Assembly (NCBI RefSeq): GCF_006345805.1
Contig: NC_043003.1
Coordinates: 27,590,001-27,654,000, forward strand
Direction: 5' to 3'
Length of the DNA stretch: 64,000 nucleotides
Origin: Octopus sinensis
Taxonomy: Eukaryota
This document shows, in pieces, positions 52,101-63,720 of this stretch. The notes under the pieces are model-generated. The model was not told where the DNA came from. It worked only from the letters and a program-made list of their open reading frames with translations, and searched no databases. Made by a program: the position numbers and the translations under genes. Position 1 is the first letter of the stretch; each line of letters begins with the position of its first letter.

Positions 52101-55100
52101 TAAACAGTTATATACATACACACAAAGAAACTCAAACATACACACAAAACACAGGAGCCTCTACTAAACCAATGTGGAAACCTCTATGTTATTGCTTGAC
52201 CTGCTAGAGATAGCATCCAACTCCATTACTCAAATCACACCCTATCGCCTTAAAAAACAGGATGGTCATGACTGGAATGTCTTTGATCATAAGTCTTCTT
52301 GATAAAAGATGATCTGGTGTTAGACAACAACAAGGATACACTTACATGTAAGGGGAAAAAATGTTAAAAACACACCTTTAATAAAGACTAATAAATTATA
52401 CCATCTGTAAACCAGTGGAGATGTGATCAATGGAGTTCCAACCATAACAATCCCTTTATTTCAGACAGTCTATCGAGAACAACCCAGCACTGAGCAACAA
52501 TAGTAAGAATGGATGGAATGTGTCATCTGTAAGCTTCCTCTTTGGTCATGTATTCGTTCAATATAATGTTTTCGGCCCTCGTGAGAAACCTAGCATATGT
52601 GCTAGCAAAGCAATCTCAAAAGTTCCTTCACAGTCCAGATTTCAGATTTATAGAAATGAATGCTTCCTATACATTTACCGAAGAAGGATAGCCTTGTTGA
52701 CTTTAAAATACTTGATTGCCAGATGTTTTAAAGTTTGTTACTGGCACTTCAGGCTTGTCATTTGCATGTGAGGAATTTTTTCTTACTGTCAGCAACACAG
52801 GAACCAAAATACTCGAAGTCCCTGACATCATTAAGTTGAGTGCCATTGTTATAACAAATTGGCAGGTGGCTTTTGTCCTCTTTGATAGGTTTTGTTGGCT
52901 ACTGTTATTCTGCTGAACAACAGGTCATATCTGATATTATATTTTGGTGACTTCTGCACCCTAATAGAGGACAATGATTCCTTAACTACACTGACGTCAT
53001 TGGTAGAGACACAACATGAAACTGAGGACTTACTAAAGCTAAGAGAGGGCAGAGATCCTTGGTGCGGTATAGTGAATCACATTGCAGTTGCAGCTGCTTG
53101 GAGAAGATAAATCTAGAATTATATTATACAATGTAACTGCCTTTCCTTATAAAGATGATAATGTGTGATTTGAGGTTGACTAAGCTACTGTTTCTAACAC
53201 GTCAAACAACCACATAGAAGCACTTTCATTGGCTCATTGCTAATACTGTATCTGATGGCATAAAAGACACAGGGGTGTATTAGATGCACCCTAATGTCAG
53301 AAGCTTGTATTCAGGAAAATATTTTAGTGCATTAAAACAGGAAATACTTAAAGCAACTTCACATATAGGATTCAGAATGATTTTACGAGACATTTTTTGA
53401 GTGCAAAAGTGTATCTTACATGCCATCAAATACAATAGATGTTATGGTGGGGTTTGCAACAAAAGAAAAGAGGGAATATAGTTTCTTCACAGATTACAAC
53501 AAAAGCAATAATTTGTATAGTATTATACCTTCCATCTGTTGTGCATCTCAGCTGCATCTTTTTCTGGCAACTGTTGAACTCTCCTCTTGAGCAGCTCAAT
53601 ACCACACACTGTACTCAGTACTGCAAGTACATGAAAACAGAAAATTATACAATCTTGATTTTTAGATTAGGTTTACTATATTGTTGCATGCTGTTAAGAG
53701 GCAACTGAGTGATTAACAGTCAAGAGGAACATAAGGCTACATCAAAATAAACATCTCCAACCAGCATAGAAAAATGGGTGTTAAAATAATGATGATCATA
53801 TGCACACACACACTGTTGTCATCATCATTTTGACATATGCCAGATGGAATCTGTTGCGGCAGATTTTCCATGGATGGATGCCCTTTCGTTTGCCAAACCA
53901 TACCTGTTTCAAGCAAGGTAATATTTTTCCTTGATCAGAAATGTTTTTTTATAGAAGACTGACAAGGGTACATCTGTACCCCACCCATGTGTATGTATGT
54001 GTATTTATATCTATCTATTATATATCATCATTATCATCATCATCATCATCATCATTTAACATCCAGTTTCCATGCTGGCATGGGCTGAATGGTTGATAGG
54101 AACTGGTGAGGCCAGGGGCCACACCAGGTTCCATAGTATGTTTTGGCTTCATTTCTATGGCTGGAGACCCTTCCTAATGCCAACCACTCCACAGAGTGTA
54201 CTGGGTGCTTTTAATGAGTCACAATGGGTTTCTTTCTGTTTCTATCAACCAAATCTACAAACAAGGCCTTGGCCAGCTCTGGGGCAAGGCATGGCTGTGT
54301 GGTTAGGGAGTTGGCTTTCCAACTATATGCTTTTGGGATCAGTTCCACTGTGAAGCTTGGGCCAACCAATAGCTTGTGAGTGAATTTAGCCGATAAAATC
54401 TAAAAGAAGCCCATATGTGAATGCACAAGTGTGTATATGTATGTATGTATATATGGCTGGATTTGTTTACATATCCATTTCATGCTAGCATAGAGAAATG
54501 AACATAAAATTAATGTGCATGTGTGTGTGTGTGTGTCATTCAACTACAGTAGTAGTTGAATAATATTCTTAAGGCCGCATTTTACTCATGCGCAGCATCT
54601 TTCATAGCTTGTCGCTAATGCAGTTCTTAACTAAATTGAAAACTCTTAACATTTTTGAAGTGGACTGGTCCCTAGCTACATTTTGGCATTAAAAAAATTG
54701 AGATTTGATCCAGTAGAAAAAAGTTTACATCAAAACACCACCAAACAAGTTTAAATCTAAATAACTTTTTTATTTTAAAAGCAAAATGTATTTGTCTTGG
54801 CTTCAATGATAGAAGAAAGCGTCAAGAATTTCATAGTTTTGATCCAACACAACAAAGATTTGTGCCAAAAAAGTTGTGAGGTAAAATATCATGAAAAAAA
54901 TATAAATATTGGATTTAAGTATAATTAACTTTTTTATTTTAAAAACAAACTATATTTTAATTAAGATTAAATGATAGAGCTCAATTTGAGGAATTTCATG
55001 GTATCAGTCTCATGCAATGAAGTTTTAAAAGAAAATAGTTATGGGTGTTTGTTTTTCAAATTTCAGGATGATAATATAGTTCTATACCTTTTTATGAACA

Positions 55101-56705
55101 TAGCTCTAGGGGATTTTTGATATATGTTATCGGCATCATTGAGGTAAGGAAAAAATTATCAACAACACTGCTAATTGACACATTATTAATTAGCATAATA
55201 TCATAGCCTGGAAAAAAACATGGATTACATGGAAAAATGCGAGCAAGAGAAATAATATTCTTAAGATTATAAATCTGGAAAAGTACAGGACAAGTTATTA
55301 CATCTGGTAAAGTACAGAACAAGAAAATGTTTACTTAAAATATTGCAACTAAGGATAAAATATTTTAACTGAGTTATTTTAAATTTTTAATAGAAGTAAC
55401 AAGCAATAACAAATACAAGTAACAACTTGTAATAAAATTTCTAGTTTTAATAAAAGTTAATATTTTCTAAATATGAATATTTTATTTGAAATTTTATCCT
55501 TAGCTGCAATATTTTAAGTAAAAATTTTCTTGTTCTGTACTTTTCCAGGTGTAATAACTTGTCCTGTACTTTTCCAGATTCATAATCTTAAGAATATCAT
55601 TTCTCTTGCTCACATTTTTTTCCATGTAATGGATGTATGTAGAATTGTGTTGGTGTATTAACTAATAATACAATAGCAACAAGTCTGGATAACATGAAAT
55701 ATATTCAAAAGGTATGTCATATATTCTAGTAGTCACTACAATTAATTTTTATCTAATTAGTGACCACACAATACAATAAATGCAACCAAATCTCTAAAGG
55801 GACAGTAAAAGGGGGTTTGACTTGAACTGATTTTAATCCCAATTTGGGTCTTCCTCAGAAGCCATATGTCTTACAATAGTCAGAGACAGTAAGTCACATG
55901 TTCAGTCATGCATTTATATACGACAACAAATGGTCTTGGCCACAGTTTTTTTGGAAAATGGTCCAAAATTCTGATAGCGAACAACAGAAATATTCACTGT
56001 TTGTTTTACTGTTTTTTTTTTAAAGAACAAATGCCCCTACGCCCCTCAAAAAAATAATGAAGAATGTTTGAGAGTTCTTGTTTACCATTTATTTCTTGAC
56101 ATAATTTTTGTAATTGGTGTAGTGGACACATTGTACAGATTTGGTTCAACTGGAGCTTGTTCTGTTCGTAGGCAGACTTGAATGCCGATTTCACAGACAT
56201 AAGAATTTCTTCAACCTGTTAAAAACAAGAAAAATACATCAGTCTTGCAGTTATTTTTTACACCTTCGGTCATGATGGTTGTTTTTAATGATGATGATAT
56301 TGATGACTAATGATTATGATTCATGGCTGGCGATGACTGATGATTGATGACTGGTGATGTTTAATCTCAGGTAAGTATTGATTCTGTTGATCAAAGGTAT
56401 TCCAACTGTGATCATTACTAAGAAATATTACTGGTACATGGTATATTGGCAAAAAACTGCTGGTACACCACATCAGTTAGTTTGAGAAGCACTGCTCTAG
56501 ACTACATTATCTATTTAAAAAAAATTTTTTTGTAGAGTGGCTGTGTGGTAAGTAGCTTGCTGACCAACCACATGGTTCCGGGTTCAGTCCCACTGTGTGG
56601 CACCTTGGGCAAGTGTCTTCTACTATAGCCTCAGGCCAACCAAAGCCTTTTGAGTGGATTTGGTAGATGGAAACTGAAGAAGCCCATCGTATATATGTAT
56701 ATTTG

Positions 56706-56742
<37 letters not shown>

Positions 56743-57794
56743 TTGTGTGTCTGTGTTTGTCCCCCACCAAATCGCTTGACAACCCATGTTGGTGTGTTTA
56801 CGTCCCCGTAACTTAGTAGTTCAGCAAAAAGAGACCGATAGGATAAGTACTAGGCTTACAAAGAATAAGTCCTGGGGTCGATATGCTTGACTAAAGGTGG
56901 TGCTCCAGCATGGCCACAGTCAAATGACTGATACAAGTAAAGAGAGTGTGATGCAGGTTGAATGAGTGCAAAGAGAGAGACATCTCTCACTGGCTTCAGT
57001 ATTTGGCATATTGTGGATATATATGATAGGCACATGTGTGTGTGTGTAGGGAGGGTATGATGTTATGTGCATGAAGTGCATATGTGTGTGGATGATGAGT
57101 GTATGCGTGCATGGTGCGTGTGTGTGTGTATGGGTGTGTGTACATGTACATGGTGTGGATGTGAGTATATGTATGCATTGTATATAAATGTGTATGGTGC
57201 ATGTGTGGAGGCGCTATGGCTCAGTGGTTAAAGCAGTAGATTCGTGGTCATAGGATCATGGTTTCAATTCCCAGACTGGGCGTTGTGTTTATTGAGCAAA
57301 AACACCCAAGGCTCCACAAGGCTCCAGCAGGGGCTGGTGGCGAGCCCTGCTGTACTCTTTCACCACAACTTTCTCTCATTCTTTCTTCCTGTTTCTGTAG
57401 TACCTATATTTCTGTATTTCAAAGGGCCAGCCTTGTCCCACTCTGTGTCACGCTGAATCTCCCTGAGAACTATGTTAAGGGTACACGTGTCTGTGGAGTG
57501 CTCAGCCACTTACATGTTAATTTCACGAGCAGGCAGTTCCGCTGATTGGATCAACTGGAACCCTCGTTGTTGTAACTGATGGAGTGCCACTACTACTATG
57601 GCACATGTGTAAAGTGTGCATGATATATGTATGCATATGAGTGCATGGTGTGTATAAATGTGTGTGTCAATGTGCATATAGTGTGGATGTGTGTATGATG
57701 AATGTGTGTGCATGGTGTGTGTGTATCTGTATGTGTACATGGTGTGAGTGTGTGCATGGTCTGTGAATATGTGCATGGTGCATGTATAATATGC

Positions 57795-57825
<31 letters not shown>

Positions 57826-60800
57826 GTGAGTATATATGCGAGTAAAGAGATCAGGAACAGTATGCAGTAATTTAACACTTACAAGATTTTTCTTTCGGTT
57901 ACAAGAAGTCATTAAAATTGTTTAACCTCAGGTCAGATATGATCAAGCAAACTTTTGATCATAGCTGTTTTTTTACTACTAGTTCTAGCATACCGAGGAG
58001 CCACATAGAGGTTACTTCCACATACATCATATGTATACATGTAGATGCATATATACACGTGTACATACATAGATGAACACACACATGTATAGGAGCACTC
58101 CTTCGGTTACAACGACGAGGGTCCCAGCTGATATGATCAACGGAACAGCCTGCTCATGAAATTAACGTGCAAGTGACTGAGCAATCCACAGGCACGAGTA
58201 TCCCTAACGAAGTTCTCAGGGAGATTCAGCATGACACAAAGTTTGACAAGGCTGACCTTTTGAAATACAGGTACAACTCATTTTTGCTAGCTGAGTGGAC
58301 TGGAGCAACGTGAAATAAAGTGTCTTGCTCAAGGACACAATGCGTTGCCAGGAATCGAACTCACGTGAGCTGAATGCCCTAACCACTAAGCCATGCGCCT
58401 TCACAACACACAAACGTACACACGTTAATAAGTATTCATGCTGAAGCATAAGCTCAAATAGTTAGTTTATATTGTGTGCATACACATGTGCAAGCATGCG
58501 CACATGATAGAAGAATAGGAGACCCCGTTTGGTCATGAATGACCATGGGACTGCACCTAGAAAGTTACCCTCCGAGGCACAAGTCCAGGCAAGGTTGTTT
58601 ATGGAAAGCCAGCAGTCGCCCAGGCATACCAGCCTTTCCTCTCCACACCACTGGTGTTATCCAAGGGAAAGGCAAAGGGGCCAATACAGCTTGGCACCAG
58701 TGACATCGTGACTCATTTCTACAGCTGAGTGAACTGGAGCGACGTGAAATAAAGTGTCTTGCTCAAGAACACAACACACAGCCCAGTCCGGGAATTGAAC
58801 TCACAACCTCATGATCGTAAGCTTTATGCACTAACCACTGAGCCATGCACCTTCACACACATTAATATATGCATGTGTGTGTATGTGTGCAGATATCTGT
58901 GCATGTATGTACATGTTTGAACATCTACACTAATATATGTGTATATATTCTTCAGTCTATGTATATGCATGAAAATGCTTTCAGTACACATGCATGTATA
59001 CTTCACTATACAAACATGTATGTATGAATACCCTTCCTTTAACATGTGTGTGTGTGTGTGCATATATGCCATTCAATATTTATGTGCATATCCATGTTTG
59101 TACACACATCCTTCAGTATAGGAGTATGCATACCTACACCCACTTCAATAGAGCTGCATAAATATGTAAGAATATCGTGAATATGTGTGCGTGTGTATGT
59201 GTGTGTGTGTGTGTGTGTGTAAGACATTAAAAAGGAAACCAAACAGGAATTTGTTCATATTTTCCTTCAGTTTATTTCCCTGCATTCCTTGGAAAGAAGT
59301 CAAATGCAGCAAATGAGGTCAGGTAATATGAGAATCTAGAAGAGCTACATTTGATTGCCTAAGGGTCAGTCAATACACTATCAGTGAATCCTAAATCTTT
59401 CAAAAATAGCAGACTCCATTCTCAATGAATTACTGAATAAAATATGAAAAACAAAAGAGAGAAAAATCTACAGAAACAGCCTCATATTTTATTGATGCAA
59501 TACACATTTGTCAACTAAATATGCCGCAAAATTGGTTTAAAAATAATCTTCTTCCTCAATGGCTAATATTGTCTCTAATTCTTTCTTTGAATTCGTAGTT
59601 CCAGTGCTTATGACCACAGACCATGTAGCTTTTGTAAAAGGGGGTCTTAAATAAGATTATAATAATCCCCAGATGACAGTGGCTGTGTGGTAAGTAGCTT
59701 GCTTACCAACCACATGGTTCTGGGTTCAGTCCCACTGCGTGGCACCTTGGGCAAGTGTCTTCTACTATAGCGTAAGGCTGACCAAAGCCTTGTGAGTGGA
59801 TTTGGTAGACGAAAACTGAAAGAAGCCCATCGTATATATGTATATGTACATGTATATATGTGTGTGTGTGTGTGTGTATGTGTTTGTCTCCGCAACATCA
59901 CTTGACAACCGATGCTGGTGTGTTTACGTCCCCATGACTTAGCAGTTCGACAAAAGAGACCGATAGAATAAGTACTAGGCTTACAAAGAATAAGTCCTGG
60001 GGTCGATTTGCTCGACTAAAGGCGGTGCTCCAGCATGGCCGCAGTCAAATGACTGAAACAAGTATAAGAGTAAGCGCATGGTGACAAGGTCTGAAATTTT
60101 GGAGTCGTGGGGACTAGTTGATTACATTAACCTCAGTGCTTGACCGGTACTTATTTCAGTAACCCTGAAAGGATGAAAGGCAAAGTTAACCTTGGTGGAA
60201 TTTGAACTCAGAATGTATAAAGCAAGAAGAAATGCTTCTAACAATTTTGTCTTTCATGCTAATGATTCTGCCAGCGTGCCAGCTTAGGAAGAATTATGCA
60301 TAGCACCATCATCATCATCACCATTATCTTAATGTCTACTTTTTCCATGTTTGCATGGGTCAGACAAAATTTGACGAGGCAGGCTTTCTGTGGCCAGATG
60401 ACATTTTTCTCATAAACCCATATCTGTTTCCAGGCAAGCTAATATTTCCTCATAGCTACTCATGTATTTTACAGAAGAATACAAACAATTAGATCATGAT
60501 ATTTTGACAAGAGCAACACATGCTCACATACATATACATCTGTCAAGCTACTTTTTCAGTTTTCATTGGCCATATTCACTCACAAGGCTTGGAACTAAAA
60601 CAGAAGACATTTGTCTAAAGTGTTGTACAGCTACACCTGCACCTAAAAATAACTTGCAGATCTGCTATTGGGAGCTGCAGCCCCAACAAGAAGATCTTCC
60701 TGTTGGCAAAATAGCAACCCATCAAATCACAAAGAAACATTAAATATCCAAAAGGAAAAATATAAAGAAATATAAAAAAAAAAAAAGATGAGAGAAAGCA

Positions 60801-60908
60801 AAGTTTACTACTTACAACACTATCTGAGTGGCATTTCAGGAGATGACACATCAAACCATTTCCTGGCTCTCGTGCAGTAAAACCAAAAATTTCTTGATTT
60901 TTGCAGCC
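30646..60908 (-). CDS. TBC1D1: Partial multi-exon gene (9 exons seen) for a TBC1D1/TBC1D4 (AS160/pollux)-family Rab GTPase-activating protein; 5' and 3' exons not found in the window
   Basis: Manual translation gives nine GT-AG exons with consistent phases (0-0,0-1,1-0,0-0,0-0,0-0,0-2,2-1,1-1). Peptides match recalled family motifs: FGFTARE...[18 protein letters not shown]...[80 protein letters not shown]. Invertebrates have one co-ortholog of TBC1D1 and TBC1D4, so the symbol is nominal. Confidence 0.92.
31201..31740 (+). repeat. Minisatellite, about 37-bp unit, 12 or more diverged copies
   Basis: Consensus about cacaccatagtcaatataatatccctaaccccctgtt. Confidence 0.85.
32697..33135 (+). mobile_element. 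SINE family A, about 160 bp from exon H
   Basis: Alignment by eye to other family-A copies. Confidence 0.85.
33298..33470 (-). CDS. TBC1D1: Exon H (173 nt, phase 2-1): (M)[57 protein letters not shown]
   Basis: Acceptor ctattttctctag, donor GTAAGT; SWRxxIFxRVxTP family motif. Confidence 0.92.
33770..34370 (+). repeat. A-rich degenerate minisatellite (aaaaatgttgctaa-like)
   Basis: Recurring tgttgctaat and aaaaatgtt units. Confidence 0.6.
36000..36270 (+). repeat. Degenerate ~50-bp tandem array (cccatgggtacag...tcagttacctgggaaacc)
   Basis: 4-5 units; a Tigger-like ggaaatacggta end lies at about 36380. Confidence 0.55.
36950..37325 (+). repeat. Three copies of an abundant gctagaaatag(a/c)agccaaatctctctcaaatcac repeat (family D)
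   Basis: Motif also near 2250, 17350, 32590, 35085, 49065 and 52200. Confidence 0.7.
37755..38245. repeat. Long (TA)n/(TACA)n compound microsatellite interrupted by an RTE-type tail
   Basis: Seen directly; similar tracts at 4270-4670, 11085-11150 and 61865-62050. Confidence 0.95.
40739..40938. mobile_element. 200-bp hAT (Charlie-like) MITE
   Basis: TIR CAGTG(C/G)TTTTCAA; perfect 8-bp TSD CCTTAAGG at 40731-40738 and 40939-40946. Confidence 0.9.
41322..41593 (-). CDS. TBC1D1: Exon G (272 nt, phase 0-2): [16 protein letters not shown]...[13 protein letters not shown]...ENATSPMKH
   Basis: Acceptor ttatttccatttcag, donor GTGAGT; GC-richer than flanks; Ser/Pro-rich linker with RxRxxT. Confidence 0.9.
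43186..43272 (-). CDS. TBC1D1: Exon F (87 nt, phase 0-0): [29 protein letters not shown]
   Basis: Acceptor ttcttgtcatttcag, donor GTATGT; in frame between E and G; contains an RxRxxT motif. Confidence 0.8.
44830..46170 (+). mobile_element. 5'-truncated CR1/L2-type LINE with uninterrupted RT ORF (44857-46092) and (AACT)n tail
   Basis: [63 protein letters not shown]; clearly GC-richer than flanks; ends aattaactaactaacta. Confidence 0.95.
47000..47760 (-). mobile_element. Highly decayed LINE RT C-terminal relic
   Basis: [22 protein letters not shown] and SIGHTLE...VAL resemble the KLRLFNSxVxSVLLYGxETW and WIGHTLRK LINE motifs. Confidence 0.5.
49160..49610 (-). mobile_element. About 450-bp interspersed repeat (family F) bounded by (AAT)n
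   Basis: Co-linear paralog at about 39310-39735. Confidence 0.8.
49840..49938 (-). CDS. TBC1D1: Exon E (99 nt, phase 0-0): [33 protein letters not shown]
   Basis: Acceptor tttttttcctctag, donor GTAAGT; resembles human LDMLKNKAKRSLTESLESIL. Confidence 0.92.
50268..50690 (-). mobile_element. RTE-clade LINE remnant: RT fragment next to an RTE-type 3' tail
   Basis: [14 protein letters not shown] then frameshift; [26 protein letters not shown]...AFVDLEKAF. Confidence 0.85.
50770..51280 (+). mobile_element. Tc1/mariner maT (DD37D)-like transposase relic
   Basis: [23 protein letters not shown] at 51166-51240 and upstream [14 protein letters not shown]; multiple stops and frameshifts. Confidence 0.7.
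51829..51954 (-). CDS. TBC1D1: Exon D (126 nt, phase 0-0): [42 protein letters not shown]
   Basis: Acceptor ttctgaatttacag, donor GAG|GTAGAT; resembles human FLRCLYEEKQKEHIH. Confidence 0.88.
52481..53110. mobile_element. Old RTE-like LINE 3' region with its 5' part inverted
   Basis: Minus 52885-52481 reads [22 protein letters not shown]...[20 protein letters not shown]; plus from about 52888 reads [15 protein letters not shown]...[10 protein letters not shown]. Confidence 0.7.
53529..53620 (-). CDS. TBC1D1: Exon C (92 nt, phase 1-0): (V)[30 protein letters not shown]
   Basis: Acceptor gtacttgcag, donor GTATAA; phases bridge exons B and D; length fits the corresponding human segment as recalled, but identity is low. 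Confidence 0.78.
55224..55630. repeat. Foldback inverted repeat, arms of about 140 bp (55224-55361 / 55491-55630)
   Basis: Arms are high-identity reverse complements; 129-nt AT-rich spacer. Confidence 0.9.
56086..56215 (-). CDS. TBC1D1: Exon B (130 nt, phase 0-1): [43 protein letters not shown]
   Basis: Acceptor tttcttgtttttaacag, donor GTAAAC; resembles human VDEIMMTLKQAF...CEGCPLQSLHKLCERIE. Confidence 0.92.
56535..56945 (+). mobile_element. SINE family A
   Basis: Alignment by eye to other family-A copies. Confidence 0.85.
57203..57592 (+). mobile_element. tRNA-derived SINE family G inserted in a GT-rich tract
   Basis: ggaggcgctatggctcagtggttaa head; related copies at 10776-11075 (+) and 58098-58410 (-). 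Confidence 0.8.
59678..60072 (+). mobile_element. SINE family A
   Basis: Alignment by eye to other family-A copies. Confidence 0.85.
60816..60908 (-). CDS. TBC1D1: Exon A (93 nt, phase 0-0): [31 protein letters not shown], end of PTB domain 2
   Basis: Acceptor ttttcttttgtacag, donor GTAAGT; resembles human HFGFICRE...CYVFQC. Confidence 0.9.
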
Positions 60909-61910
60909 CTGTACAAAAGAAAAAAAATTTTAAAATAGAGAATTTTCAAAACACCACCAACATCAACATCACTGTTTTAAGATCTATTTTTCTGAGCTTG
61001 CATGGGTCAGTTGGAATCCATTGAGGCACATTTTTTTATGACCAGATGCCCTTCCTGTTGCCAACCTTCATCTGTTTCCAAGCAAGATGATATTCCCCTT
61101 GAATGGACATGTTTCCACAAAAGACTGGAAACAAATGACATCATTTGCATGATGTAGGTGCTCTTAAGTTCTGCACTGTCACTACTCAATTTTATTTACC
61201 AACCATTTATGAAGTATACAGGGTATTTAAAAAATTTTTCAAATATCATAAGGATCTATTCAGTAATTTTGGTCCATGAAATTGTATAAAACACACAGCA
61301 TTACCCTTCTCTCTAGACTTGGATTTTGTGTTCCAAATTTCATTGGGATCAGTGCAGCAGTTTTCGAATGTGTAAGTAACACACGAACACACATAAAGAC
61401 ATTGACTTTTATATAATAGATATGAACATACAGATATACATACATGTATGTGTGTGTGTGTGTATTATACACACACACAAAAAGATAGATTGATAGATAC
61501 AACTGAGTGGGCACACAAAAATATGAGACACTGCCTAGTGGTTTTTTAAAAATTTTGATAAGCCTGGTACTTATTCTATCAGTTTCTTCTCGTCAAACCA
61601 GTAAGTAAACAAACAGCAGTTGTGAAGCAGTGATGAGGGAGAAACACAGAGACAAAGACACACACACACACTTACATATACACACACACATATATATATA
61701 CAATTGATTCCTTTCAGTTTCTGTCTACAAAATCCACTCGCAAGGCTTTGGTTGGTCTGAGGTTATAGCAGAAGATACATGCCAAGTCACCACACAGTGG
61801 TACTGAACCCAGGACCATATGTTTTGGAACCGGTTCTTACCACACAGCTGCACTTGCACCTATGGTTATGTGTGTGTGTGTGTATGGATGTATGCATGTA
61901 TATATATATA

Positions 61911-61945
<35 letters not shown>

Positions 61946-61993
61946 GCGTACATATTACATGTACATCTATATATATACACCTACACATATACA

Positions 61994-62038
<45 letters not shown>

Positions 62039-63459
62039 TTTTGCAGATATATACATCATAGTTTCACTTTCAGTATTAAAGTGAAAATAACTGACATTAC
62101 AATAAAGAGATATTATTTGACTTTTGACACATAATGCTGAAATAGTGGAGGAGATATGATATTGCTCTGGGCTTGCACTAGACCCTAAGTAAGGCATATG
62201 TAAAATTTGAATGAAATTGCTTGTGTAGTTCTTAAGTTTTAGGGATTCACACAGACAGACACACATTCTCATCTTTATATATATAGATATACACACACAT
62301 ACATGTATATTTGACATATATTTCATCTGCTCAAACAGGAACATATAAACACTTTCTATTGGCTGTTATTTTAATATCAACTGATGAAATGGGATTTATG
62401 TAATGTTATCTAATATATTATGAAATGGACTTCATATTCGGTAATAAACCACGCTATTGAAACAAGTATATTGTGATGCTTTGAACTGTCCATTCATTTT
62501 TGTTTACACACATGTGATGGCAGTATGTGTGTGTCTTCTTTATTTTCAAGACAACAGAAGTTTGAGTAAGATTCAGTTGTTAGCTGAGCAGGTTGAGCGA
62601 TAAGTGTGTAACAGCTTCTTTGCTGGCTGATGACAGGGCTGATGATGATGATGGTGGTGGTAGTGGTTGTAGTGATGGTAGTATTATGGCAGTTATGAGT
62701 GACAGTAAAAGGCAATATTGCCAAGAATTATGATGATAACGACATATATACTTGTAATGGCATATTTGATAAGTGATGACAAATAAGGCTGTGATGATAA
62801 TGTTTATATTTTTCTTGATGGCAGCAATAATGATGATGGTGGTGGTAGAGGCAATGATGAAGTGGTAGTGGTTGGGAAGGACAATGGAAATGACGATAAG
62901 GAGGAAAATTAAGTTGATGAAAATGATCACTTTGACGACAATGAAGATAAGTTGATGAAGACGATAACAACAATAATGATTATGATTGACAGGATGATGA
63001 TGATGATTATGATGATGATGATTATGATGATGATTAAGTAAAATGACAACAGCATCTTTGTTTATTATATTTGGCTTCAGTTACATTTAGAATTTTTAAC
63101 AACAAACTGATTGTTTTCTCAAATTTCATCTGCTCAAACAGGAACATATAAACACTTTCTATTGGCTGTTATTTTAATATCAACTCAAGATATATATGCA
63201 CACGCATACACACACACACACACATACACACACACATACATTTCTTTTCCAGTTCCAGGCTGAGTACTCCGGCTATGCTGGGGCACTGCCATTTGCGTTG
63301 ATACACTTTCACTAAACCTCCTCTGATATATGACATTTGGTGGATGAGGGAGTTCGACATTGCTGCCCTCATCTGTGTTTCTTGCCTTGAGGTAGGTTAA
63401 TCCGGAACTCTTGACAGATGGAGATCCATTTTTGTTTTGAAAACATCCACACACACACA

Positions 63460-63720
63460 TCATCATCATCATCATTGTTGTTGTTTAATGTCTGCTTTTC
63501 ATGCTGGCAAGCCAGAAGGCTGCACCAGGTTCCAATCTAATCTGGCAAGGTTTCTACAGCTGGATGCCATTCCTAACGCCAACCACTCAGAGTATAGTAG
63601 ATGCTTTTTATGTGCCACTAGCATGGGAGCCAGTCAGGCAGCACTGGCATCGATCACATTCGAATGGTGCTTTTTACGTGCCACTGGCAAGGGGGCCAGT
63701 CAGGCAGCACTGGCATCATA
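63460..63720 (-). mobile_element. RTE-tail SINE-like repeat (family E)
   Basis: ggaagggcatccagctgtagaaac and catggaaagcggacgttaaacgatgatg motifs; copies near 11500, 13170, 38140, 46530, 54030, 60305, 60960, 63850. Confidence 0.7.
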
